A DNA stretch of 30,026 nt, from the NCBI GenBank assembly GCA_051746405.1, contig JBNJFB010000024.1:1-30026 (forward strand). Direction: 5' to 3'. Of this stretch, positions 8,357 to 16,533 are shown in pieces. The notes beneath the pieces were generated by a model that was given only the letters and a program-made list of their open reading frames with translations, was not told the DNA's origin and did not search any database. Both the position numbers and the translations under genes were made by a program. Source of the stretch: Campylobacterota bacterium (GTDB lineage: Bacteria; Campylobacterota; Campylobacteria; Campylobacterales; Arcobacteraceae). Position 1 is the first letter of the stretch; each line of letters starts with the position of its first letter.

Positions 8357-9169
8357 TTATTGAAATTCTTTTTGAAGTTTGATTATAACTGTTTGAAGTC
8401 TATTTTTGTCTAAATTATAGCTATTAGCTTTTTTTAATGCAAGCTGTATTGCATCTTCATTTAGAGGGTTTCTAATATCAACAAGAGTTTTAACTATATC
8501 CAGTATCTGTGATTTTTTTAAAAATTTTTTAGGACAGTTTTCTAAATCATTTACATAAGCAATAGGATAAGTAATATTCTCACTTAATGACCAATGTTTA
8601 AATATGTATGCTGTTATTTTTGGAGTACTAAGACCTATATATTTCTCTTCTAAAGTGCAAATATTTTTATATTTATTCAAGTCTTCTAAAAAAGCATCTT
8701 TTTGATGCTCTTGTTCTAATAGCGTTGAAATAATAAATTTACCTGTTTCTTGTAAAAATGCAGGCATAAGTAGCTCTTCTTTTAAATCAAAATCGATTTT
8801 TCCTATCCATTTTTCAATTAAAGTAGAAGATAAAGCACAAAGTTTCATAAAATCAGCTAATCCAATTTTATATGGAGATAGATTTGATTTTATAGTATTT
8901 TGAACAATTGAACCAAAAGCAATTGAAACAGTAAAATTAACTCCAAGAAGACTTATTGCTCTACTTAAAGTATCAACACTACTTCTAAATCCAAACATTG
9001 ATGAGTTTGCGATTTTTAAAATATTTGCTACTAGTAAAGGATCTCTTTTTATTATATCAATTAGTATTAAAGGATCAGATGAGTTAAGTTTTCTAAACTC
9101 CTCTAATTCAAGAATACTATTTGGTAGTGGAGGTAGTGACTTTATCTTTTCTTTTAGTTTTCTTTTCAT
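8357..9169 (-). CDS. HDOD domain protein
   Basis: LPPLP, DPLLVANILKIANS..FG, AISLLG, W.L; the HD position is degenerate (LQETGK). Confidence 0.9.
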   Translation of the reverse strand: MKRKLKEKIKSLPPLPNSILELEEFRKLNSSDPLILIDIIKRDPLLVANILKIANSSMFGFRSSVDTLSRAISLLGVNFTVSIAFGSIVQNTIKSNLSPYKIGLADFMKLCALSSTLIEKWIGKIDFDLKEELLMPAFLQETGKFIISTLLEQEHQKDAFLEDLNKYKNICTLEEKYIGLSTPKITAYIFKHWSLSENITYPIAYVNDLENCPKKFLKKSQILDIVKTLVDIRNPLNEDAIQLALKKANSYNLDKNRLQTVIIKLQKEFQ

Positions 9170-9254
9170 TTATTATCCTACTTGGCATTACTTTATTATA
9201 CAAAAAACAAACTTATATGTATAGTAATTTAAAATTAAGGTTTTCTAATAAACT

Positions 9255-9265
9255 TTAGATATAAT
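9255..9265 (+). promoter_or_regulatory. Probable sigma70 extended -10 element for thiC
   Basis: TTAGATATAAT with a perfect TATAAT at 9260-9265, 36 bp before ATG 9302. Confidence 0.6.
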
Positions 9266-9301
9266 AAGTGATTAATCAAATATATATTATAGGATTTTAA
9301 A

Positions 9302-10651
9302 ATGAGAGATTGGCTAGATAATCATAAAAATGATAAAGTTAGAACACAAATGTATTATGCAAAGCAAGGTATTATCACAGATGATATGAAGCATGTTGCA
9401 AAAGTTGAAAATATTGACCCTGAGTTAGTAAGAAGTGAAGTTGCAAGGGGTAGGATGATTATTCCTGCAAATGTGAATCACAAGCATTTAAATGCAATGG
9501 CAATTGGAATTGCCTCTTCTTGTAAAATAAATGCAAATATAGGTTCATCTGCACTTGCTTCAGATATTGATGGGGAAATAGAAAAAGTTGATGTAAGTTT
9601 AAAATATGGTGCGGATACTATTATGGATTTAAGTACAGGTGGTGATTTAGATGCTATTAGAGCAGCTGTAATTGCACACTCAACTGTACCTGTAGGAACT
9701 GTTCCTATGTATCAGATTTTACATGATGTAAATAATAAAATCGAAGATTTGACTATTGAAGTTATGCTTAATGTTTTAGAAAAGCAAGCAAAACAAGGGG
9801 TTTCATACTTTACAATTCATGCAGGATTTTTACTACAGTTTATGCCACATATTGCAAAAAGAAAAATGGGAATTGTAAGTAGAGGTGGTTCATTAATGGC
9901 ATCGTGGATGATGCATTATCATAAAGAAAACCCATTTTATGATGCATTTGATGACATCTTAGAGATTTGTAGAAAATATGATGTATCGCTATCTTTAGGT
10001 GATTCATTAAGACCTGGATGTTTAGCTGATGCTTCTGATGAAGCACAACTATCTGAACTTAAAGTTATGGGTGATCTTACTTTAAGAGCTTGGGAAAAAG
10101 ATGTTCAAGTAATGATTGAAGGACCAGGACACATTCCTTTAAATCAGATTGAAAGAAATATGAAAATTGAGCAAGAGTATTGTCATGAGGCTCCTTTTTA
10201 TATTTTAGGACCACTTACAACAGATATTGCAGCAGGTTATGACCATATTTCATCTGCAATTGGTGCAGCTGTTGGTGGATGGCATGGAGCTAGTATGCTT
10301 TGTTATGTTACTCCAAAAGAGCACTTAGGTTTACCAAACGCAAAAGATGTAAGAGAAGGTATTATTGCATATAAAATTGCTGCACATAGTGCTGATATTG
10401 CAAGGGGTAGAAAAGGTGCAAGGGATATTGATGATGAGATGAGTGATGCTAGATATGCTTTTGATTGGAATAAACAGTTTGAATTGTGTTTAGACCCAGA
10501 AAGAGCAAAAGAGTATCATGATGAAACCCTTCCTCAAGATGTATTTAAAGAAGCTGAATTTTGTTCTATGTGTGGACCAAAGTTTTGTTCATACAAAATT
10601 ACTCAAAAAATTGTTGAAGAGCATGGGGAACAGATGTCAAGCGTGAGCTAA
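9302..10651 (+). CDS. thiC: Phosphomethylpyrimidine synthase
   Basis: [43 protein letters not shown]-terminal CSMCGPKFC Fe-S motif. Confidence 0.99.
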   Translation: MRDWLDNHKNDKVRTQMYYAKQGIITDDMKHVAKVENIDPELVRSEVARGRMIIPANVNHKHLNAMAIGIASSCKINANIGSSALASDIDGEIEKVDVSLKYGADTIMDLSTGGDLDAIRAAVIAHSTVPVGTVPMYQILHDVNNKIEDLTIEVMLNVLEKQAKQGVSYFTIHAGFLLQFMPHIAKRKMGIVSRGGSLMASWMMHYHKENPFYDAFDDILEICRKYDVSLSLGDSLRPGCLADASDEAQLSELKVMGDLTLRAWEKDVQVMIEGPGHIPLNQIERNMKIEQEYCHEAPFYILGPLTTDIAAGYDHISSAIGAAVGGWHGASMLCYVTPKEHLGLPNAKDVREGIIAYKIAAHSADIARGRKGARDIDDEMSDARYAFDWNKQFELCLDPERAKEYHDETLPQDVFKEAEFCSMCGPKFCSYKITQKIVEEHGEQMSSVS

Positions 10652-10677
10652 AAAGGAGTGAATTTTTCACTTCTTTT
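10651..10677 (+). terminator. Terminator after thiC
   Basis: AAAAGGAGTGAA-TTT-TTCACTTCTTTT hairpin with one G-U pair, directly after the stop codon. Confidence 0.65.
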
Positions 10678-10770
10678 GAAATTTTTTCAATAGGATAGTT
10701 TTAATTAAGACAAAAATTATCCTATTTAAAATATAATAGACAAAACAAACAAATTTTAAAGGAATATTCT

Positions 10771-11961
10771 ATGGCAAATATAGAAGAGATAAAAAAAGAG
10801 TTAGAAAAAGTAAAATATCCAGGTTTTGAAAAGTCTATTATTGACTTTGGTTTTGTAAAAGATATAAAACTAGATAATGATACAGCATCAATAGTATTAG
10901 ATATAACTTCAACTGCAAAAGAGGTTGAAGATCAATTAAGAAAAGATATAAATGCATGTATGAGTTCAATTGGACTTCAGACAAATCTTGGATTTAATAA
11001 GCCACAAGAACCAAAACAGCAAAGCAATAGTGCTAGTGGAAAAAATATTGCACCACAAATTAAAAAAATTGTAATGGTAAGTTCAGGAAAAGGTGGAGTT
11101 GGAAAAACAACTACTACTGTAAACCTAGCTGTTGCTTCTGCAATGCAAGGGAAAAAAGTAGGTATTTTAGATGCAGATGTTTATGGTCCAAATATACCTA
11201 GAATGATGGGATTACAAGGAAAAGAAGTTGAAGTAGTTGGAGATAAAGCTAAACCATTAAATGCATACGGTGTTGATATTATGTCAATGGGTGTTTTAAT
11301 GGATGAAGGGCAAGCTGTTATTTGGAGAGGTGCTATGATTATGAAAGCAATCCAACAGTTATTGAGAGATATTTTATGGGAAGAGTTAGATATATTATAT
11401 ATAGATATGCCTCCAGGTACTGGTGATGCTCAATTAACACTTGCACAAAGTGTTCCAGTAGCAGCTGGTATTAATGTAACAACTCCTCAACATGTGGCAC
11501 TAGATGACTCAAGAAGATCACTAGATATGTTCTCAAAACTTCATATTCCAATTGCAGGTATTGTTGAAAATATGAGTGGATTTATTTGTCCATCATGTGA
11601 AACTCAGTCTGATATATTTGGAATGGGTACTTGTGAAGATTTAGCCGACCAATATAATACTCAAGTATTAGGTGAGTTACCAATTGAACCTGCTATTAGA
11701 GAAGGTGGAGATGGTGGTAAGCCTGTTGTTTATTTTAATCCTGAATCTATTTCAGCTAAAAGATATATGCAAGCTGCTTCAAAATTAATCACATTTTTAG
11801 ATAGTGTTGATGATAGTAGAGATAATGCAGATATTCAACCAACAACACCTCCTGGTGTAAGTGCATGCTCAACTACAGCAGCAGGTGCTAGTACAGCACA
11901 ACAAAAACCAAAAGAGCAATCATCAGATGGTAGTTGTGGTACTGGATGTGGTTGTCACTAA
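10771..11961 (+). CDS. mrp: Mrp/NBP35 (ApbC) Fe-S cluster carrier ATPase
   Basis: N-terminal DUF59-like segment, deviant Walker A SGKGGVGKTT, DADVYGP, WRG, DMPPGTGD, ENMS.FICPSC. Confidence 0.95.
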   Translation: MANIEEIKKELEKVKYPGFEKSIIDFGFVKDIKLDNDTASIVLDITSTAKEVEDQLRKDINACMSSIGLQTNLGFNKPQEPKQQSNSASGKNIAPQIKKIVMVSSGKGGVGKTTTTVNLAVASAMQGKKVGILDADVYGPNIPRMMGLQGKEVEVVGDKAKPLNAYGVDIMSMGVLMDEGQAVIWRGAMIMKAIQQLLRDILWEELDILYIDMPPGTGDAQLTLAQSVPVAAGINVTTPQHVALDDSRRSLDMFSKLHIPIAGIVENMSGFICPSCETQSDIFGMGTCEDLADQYNTQVLGELPIEPAIREGGDGGKPVVYFNPESISAKRYMQAASKLITFLDSVDDSRDNADIQPTTPPGVSACSTTAAGASTAQQKPKEQSSDGSCGTGCGCH

Positions 11962-11973
11962 ACATAAAGTATT

Positions 11974-12003
11974 ATAAAAAGTAGGGTTATACCTACTTTT
12001 TAT
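11974..12003. terminator. Bidirectional terminator between convergent mrp and hisIE
   Basis: ATAAAAAGTAGG-GTTATA-CCTACTTTTTAT. Confidence 0.85.
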
Positions 12004-12689
12004 TAATTCTCTTTTCTAGAGTTTTTCTCTTCAATTCCTGACATATTAAATCTTCTTGTTAGTTCTTGTTTTACTCTATCTGGGCTTATATTTTTTGAAG
12101 CTAGTGCAACAAGTGTATGATATGCTAAATCAGCTGCTTCATAAACCATCTCATCAGTATCATTATCTTTATGAGCAAAAGTAAATTCACCTGCTTCTTC
12201 CACTATTTTTTTAAGCATTGAGTTTGATTTACCTTGTATAAGTTTTGCTGTATATGATTTCTTAGGGTCACTATTTTTCTTCTCTTGTATTGTATGATAT
12301 AAGGTTTCAATGACACCATAGGTGGCTGTTGTATCAACTTCAACATCTAAAACCTCTTTATTTTGTTTAATACTTGTAAAGAAACAAGATTTTCTACCTG
12401 TATGGCAAGCAACACCATTTTGATTTACTTTTAATAATAGTGTGTCATTATCACAATCAAGCAAAATATCTTCTATTTCTTGAGTATGATTTGAACTTTC
12501 ACCCTTTTTCCATACTCTTTGTTTTGTTCTACTAAAGTAGTGTGCATAGTTTGTATCAAAAGTGAGTTCTAAGGCCTCTTTATTCATATATGCAAGCATT
12601 AAAACTTCATTTGTTTTATAATCTTGAGTAACCACAGGAATTAGTCCATCACACTTTTCCCAATCAATTTGTTGTAATATATTTTTCAT
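12003..12689 (-). CDS. hisIE: Bifunctional phosphoribosyl-AMP cyclohydrolase / phosphoribosyl-ATP pyrophosphatase
   Basis: GLIPVVTQD, WKKGESS, DCDNDTLL, ACHTGRKSCFF, then SYTAKL...KKIVEEAGE...YEAADLAYH. Confidence 0.98.
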   Translation of the reverse strand: MKNILQQIDWEKCDGLIPVVTQDYKTNEVLMLAYMNKEALELTFDTNYAHYFSRTKQRVWKKGESSNHTQEIEDILLDCDNDTLLLKVNQNGVACHTGRKSCFFTSIKQNKEVLDVEVDTTATYGVIETLYHTIQEKKNSDPKKSYTAKLIQGKSNSMLKKIVEEAGEFTFAHKDNDTDEMVYEAADLAYHTLVALASKNISPDRVKQELTRRFNMSGIEEKNSRKEN

Positions 12690-12697
12690 AATTATCC

Positions 12698-12991
12698 TTA
12701 AAAATTCTTTTTTATATCAAAGTAGTATTTCTGAAGTTCACCTGTTTGTCTATCTATATCAATATCATAACCTATATCAAAATCTCTTTTCTTACTTTTT
12801 GATTTTTTTTGATTTTTTAGCATTGGAGGCTCACTCTCATAGAGTTTTGAATCTCTTTTTTTATATCTTTCAAGTATTATCTCAGGGGTATCAAAAAAAT
12901 CATTTTTTTTATTTAAAAACTCACTATTTGAAAAAGAGTAAGAAAAAAGTAGAACTATTATGAAATAGATTTTAGGTTTTATTTGTTTCAT
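12698..12991 (-). CDS. Small hypothetical exported protein
   Basis: 97 aa; basic N-terminus plus hydrophobic stretch (signal-peptide-like); co-oriented and closely spaced between the SPFH gene and hisIE. Confidence 0.6.
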   Translation of the reverse strand: MKQIKPKIYFIIVLLFSYSFSNSEFLNKKNDFFDTPEIILERYKKRDSKLYESEPPMLKNQKKSKSKKRDFDIGYDIDIDRQTGELQKYYFDIKKNF

Positions 12992-13002
12992 GATGGCAAA
13001 TT

Positions 13003-13029
13003 AAACAGAGTAGAAATTCTACTCTATTT
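13003..13029 (-). terminator. Hairpin at the end of the SPFH gene
   Basis: AGAGTAGAA-A-TTCTACTCT inverted repeat (13007-13025) with A/T flanks, overlapping the SPFH stop codon. Confidence 0.55.
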
Positions 13030-14124
13030 ATTTTGACTACTGTCTATTACTGCATCTCGTGTTTTACTTTTAGTGTCAACCCAAATATTTGGTGTTGAAC
13101 CTCCAGGTGTTAAGAAGATTTTAGCATCTTTATTCTCTCTTAATGCGTCATTGAACTTACCTTGTATTTCAATTTGTTGCATTTCAAGTAGTTTAGGAGT
13201 TAGTGATAGTGCAATAATTTTATTTGCAGCTGATTGTGCTTTTGCTTCAATAGTAACAGCATCTGCTCTACCTTGAGCTTCAATTCTGTTTTTATCAGCT
13301 TCACCTTTTGCAAGTGCAGCTTTTTTCTCAGCTTCTTGTTTTGCTCTTTCAACTTCATATTTAACTCTTTGAGCTTCTTGATTAGCTACTTGAACTCTTT
13401 CAATTTGATCTTTAATCTTTACAGGTAATCCTATTTCTCTTAATTGAACAGATTCAACTGAAACAGGAGTGTCCTCTAGTGATTCAATTTTTGTTCTAAT
13501 TCCATTTTCAATTAAAGTTGCAATCTCATTTCTTTTTGTTGGTAACTCTTCTGCATTATACCGACCAACAATATTTCTTACAATATTTCTAACTACTGGG
13601 TTTACAATTTTATCTTCCCATCCAAGACCCCATGTTGCAATTGTTTTAGGTGCACCTTGTGCTGTTAATCTATATTGAACAGTTAATTCAATAGATACAG
13701 GTAAACCCCTTGAATCTAGAATATTAATAGCTGGATTAACTTTAATACTTTGGTCAAAATTACCCATATCTTCAATTTTTCTATAATTGATTAGTCTTAC
13801 TTTTGTATCTACAACTATAACTTTTTGAAACACAGGTAAGTAGAAGTGAAAACCTGGATTTAAAGGTCTATCTTCATATTTACCTGTTGTTACTTTAATA
13901 CCCACTTGACCTGATTCAATAATTGCAAAAGGTTTAAAGATAAATATTGCCGCAACTATAATTATAGCTGCATACAAAAAGCCTGCTTTTTTACCAAAGT
14001 TTTTAAAAAATTGTGGTGGTTCAAAAGGAGGTTGATAGTTTCCTCCACCTCCACCTGATTTGTTGTTTGAGCCACCGTTTTTGTTTTGTTGTCTATTTTT
14101 GAAATAGTCATTATCAATTGGCAT
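13024..14124 (-). CDS. SPFH/prohibitin (band 7) family membrane protein
   Basis: Gly/Asn-rich N-terminus, single TM helix, LNPGFHFYLPVFQKV, Band-7 core, Ala/Glu/Gln-rich coiled coil (AKQEAEKKAALAKGEAD...IEAQGRADA). Confidence 0.93.
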   Translation of the reverse strand: MPIDNDYFKNRQQNKNGGSNNKSGGGGGNYQPPFEPPQFFKNFGKKAGFLYAAIIIVAAIFIFKPFAIIESGQVGIKVTTGKYEDRPLNPGFHFYLPVFQKVIVVDTKVRLINYRKIEDMGNFDQSIKVNPAINILDSRGLPVSIELTVQYRLTAQGAPKTIATWGLGWEDKIVNPVVRNIVRNIVGRYNAEELPTKRNEIATLIENGIRTKIESLEDTPVSVESVQLREIGLPVKIKDQIERVQVANQEAQRVKYEVERAKQEAEKKAALAKGEADKNRIEAQGRADAVTIEAKAQSAANKIIALSLTPKLLEMQQIEIQGKFNDALRENKDAKIFLTPGGSTPNIWVDTKSKTRDAVIDSSQNK

Positions 14125-14135
14125 ATAAATTCCTT

Positions 14136-15056
14136 TTAATTAATGTATGTTAAATATTTAGTATATTTTTCGTTTTTACCACTTACTGCATCAAAATATG
14201 CAGTTTGTAGTTTTTGAGTAACAGATCCCCTTGAACCACACCCAATTGTTCTAGCATCCACATCTCTAATAGGAGTAACCTCTGCAGCTGTTCCTGTAAA
14301 AAATGCTTCATCTGCTATATAGATCTCTTCTCTTGTAATTCTTCTTCTAACAATTTCATAACCTAAATCTTTAGCTAAATCAATTACTGTTGCTTGTGTA
14401 ATTGACTCTAATGAGTTATCGTTTGGAGGAGTTATTATTACACCATCTCTTACAATAAAGAAACAAGCTCCAGATGCTTCTGCAATGTACCCTTGGTCAT
14501 CCCTTAATAATGCTTCATCATATCCAGCTTCTACTGCTTCATACTTAGCCATTTGAGAGTTTAAATAGTTTGCAACAGCTTTTGCTTTTCCCATTCCTGA
14601 AGTATTTGGTGTTCTTGTCATTGATGAGATTTTTACTCTAACACCTTTTTGTAGTCCCTCTTCTCCAAGGTATGCACCCCATTTCCAAGCAGCAACTGAT
14701 ACTTTTACAGGTGCCTCTTTGTGGTAAAGTCCCATAACTCCATAACCTAAATAGACTAATGGTCTAATGTAAGCACCCTCAAAGAGCTCATTTTTTTGTA
14801 GAAGTTCAACTTGAACCTTATTTAACTCTTCTTGAGTAAACGGAACATTAATAAGGGTCATTTTTGATGAGTTTATTAATCTTTTTGTATGCTCTTCAAG
14901 TTTAAAAATGGCACATCTTCCATCATGTGTTTTGTAAGCTTTAGTTCCTTCTATAGCACCATTTCCATAATGTAAAGTATGAGATAAAACATGTATATTA
15001 GCATTATGCCAATCAACATATTCACCATCCATCCATATATACTTAGCTTCTGTCAT
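14136..15056 (-). CDS. ilvE: Branched-chain amino acid aminotransferase
   Basis: IWMDGE, LHYGNGAIEG, YIRPLVY, KAKAVANYLNS, EAFFTGTAAEVTPI. Confidence 0.98.
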   Translation of the reverse strand: MTEAKYIWMDGEYVDWHNANIHVLSHTLHYGNGAIEGTKAYKTHDGRCAIFKLEEHTKRLINSSKMTLINVPFTQEELNKVQVELLQKNELFEGAYIRPLVYLGYGVMGLYHKEAPVKVSVAAWKWGAYLGEEGLQKGVRVKISSMTRTPNTSGMGKAKAVANYLNSQMAKYEAVEAGYDEALLRDDQGYIAEASGACFFIVRDGVIITPPNDNSLESITQATVIDLAKDLGYEIVRRRITREEIYIADEAFFTGTAAEVTPIRDVDARTIGCGSRGSVTQKLQTAYFDAVSGKNEKYTKYLTYIN

Positions 15057-15090
15057 TTTGAAATATCCCTAATTTTTTTAATTTTTAGAT

Positions 15091-15101
15091 ATTTTATCTA
15101 A
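15091..15101 (-). promoter_or_regulatory. Probable sigma70 extended -10 element for the ilvE operon
   Basis: Minus strand TTAGATAAAAT, identical to 782-792, about 35 bp upstream of the ilvE ATG. Confidence 0.55.
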
Positions 15102-15201
15102 GATAATATTAAAATTAGGTCATAGCTAAATATTATCTTACTTTATAAGATTCAATAAATAATTATGCTATATTATCAAAAAAATTTAGGGAATAATTAG
15201 T

Positions 15202-15888
15202 TTGATGAATAAAAATATTTTTAGAAGCTCTTTTATTATTCTATTTTTGCTTTTTTTTACTGGATGTTCAATTAAACAAATGAAACAATCAAAGCAAAAT
15301 AAAGAAGAGATTAAAGAAAAGAAAATAGATTATAAAAGACCAAAGGTAGATGAGAAACTACTAGTAACAGTAGATAAAATTATTGAGACTTTAAAAAGTA
15401 AAGATATAGAATCCATAAATAAAAACTATATAAATAGTCAGTTTGGTTTTTACAATCTTTATAAAATAGATGGCAAAGAGAGACTCTTTCATCAAAGAGT
15501 GATTTTAAATGAGAGTGATTTTAGGTTTGATGAGATAGCAAATATTATTAAAAGATTACCAAATAAATCAAATAGGCTCAAAATAAAAGAAGAGAGTTTA
15601 GAGTTTAAATGCAGTCCAAATGACGATAAACACTATGGTTGGACTAAATTTGGGCTGTTTTTAAATGCAAATACATCAAATAAACTGGAACTTTTAATGA
15701 ATAAGTTTAATAATGAAATAGGCTATGAGTTTTATAATAAGAAAGATTTACAAAAAGCTAAACTAATACAAAAAGAGTCATATAAAGTAGTTTTAACACC
15801 AGAGGTAATTTTTTATCTAACAAAAATAAAAAAAGAGTGGTTTATAACACTATTTGATAGATTATCAACTAATTGTAGCGTAGAGTAA
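15202..15888 (+). CDS. Hypothetical lipoprotein
   Basis: Signal peptide ending in the lipobox FTG-C; start is TTG 15202 or ATG 15205; two further Cys residues could form a disulfide. Confidence 0.75.
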   Translation: MMNKNIFRSSFIILFLLFFTGCSIKQMKQSKQNKEEIKEKKIDYKRPKVDEKLLVTVDKIIETLKSKDIESINKNYINSQFGFYNLYKIDGKERLFHQRVILNESDFRFDEIANIIKRLPNKSNRLKIKEESLEFKCSPNDDKHYGWTKFGLFLNANTSNKLELLMNKFNNEIGYEFYNKKDLQKAKLIQKESYKVVLTPEVIFYLTKIKKEWFITLFDRLSTNCSVE

Positions 15889-15898
15889 AGGAGTTTTT

Positions 15899-16495
15899 GT
15901 GACACAACAAGAGATATGGAATAATAAGTTCTCAAAACATGATTTTTTGTATGGAAAAAAACCAAACTTATTTATAGCATCACAATCAAAAAAGTTTGAG
16001 AAAAATTCAAAAGTTTTATGTATAGGTGAGGGTGAAGGAAGGAATGCTATTTTTTTAGCAAAAAGAGGATTTAAAGTAAGTGCAGTTGATGCTTCAAATA
16101 TTGGACTTGAGAAGTTAGAAAAAAGAGCAAAAGATGAACAGTTGGAAATAAAAACCTACTGTGAAGATTTAAGCCATTTTGAAATAGATGAAAAGTTTGA
16201 CATTATAGTTGCAACATATTTTCATATTCCCCTTGAACAAAGAGAAACACTGTTTTTTAAAATAGAGTCTATGCTAAAAGACTCAGGGATTTTTGTAGGT
16301 GAGTTTTTTAGTACAAAACAACTAGCTTACAGTAGTGGTGGCCCAAAAGATGAGAATCTGCTTTATACTAAAGATGAGTTTACTAAATACTTTACACTGT
16401 GTGAAAAAGAAGTAAAGCAAGTGGTTACTATCTTAGATGAGGGTAGAGGTCACCAAGGCGAAGCTGATGTTATAAGAGTGTTTATAAAAAAGTAA
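15899..16495 (+). CDS. Class I SAM-dependent methyltransferase (TehB-like)
   Basis: W...F....FLYGKKPN, VLCIGEGEGRNAIFLAKRG, AVDAS, SSGGPK, EGRGHQG; GTG start with AAGGAG RBS. Confidence 0.9.
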   Translation: MTQQEIWNNKFSKHDFLYGKKPNLFIASQSKKFEKNSKVLCIGEGEGRNAIFLAKRGFKVSAVDASNIGLEKLEKRAKDEQLEIKTYCEDLSHFEIDEKFDIIVATYFHIPLEQRETLFFKIESMLKDSGIFVGEFFSTKQLAYSSGGPKDENLLYTKDEFTKYFTLCEKEVKQVVTILDEGRGHQGEADVIRVFIKK

Positions 16496-16533
16496 TATAA
16501 AGATAATAATAAGCTATAAAAGAAAGTATAAAA

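Noticed and set aside
8357..9169. HDOD protein as an active HD phosphohydrolase or a novelty
   Set aside because: The HD motif is replaced by QE, and stand-alone HDOD proteins are common in this phylum.
9840..10046. Minus-strand 68-aa ORF
   Set aside because: Antisense shadow inside thiC.
13073..13678. Three plus-strand ORFs of 64-69 aa
   Set aside because: All antisense to the SPFH gene, with composition typical of reverse-frame artefacts.
16496..16533. Cobalamin or SAM riboswitch upstream of metH
   Set aside because: The spacer is only 38 bp and A-rich, with no aptamer motifs.
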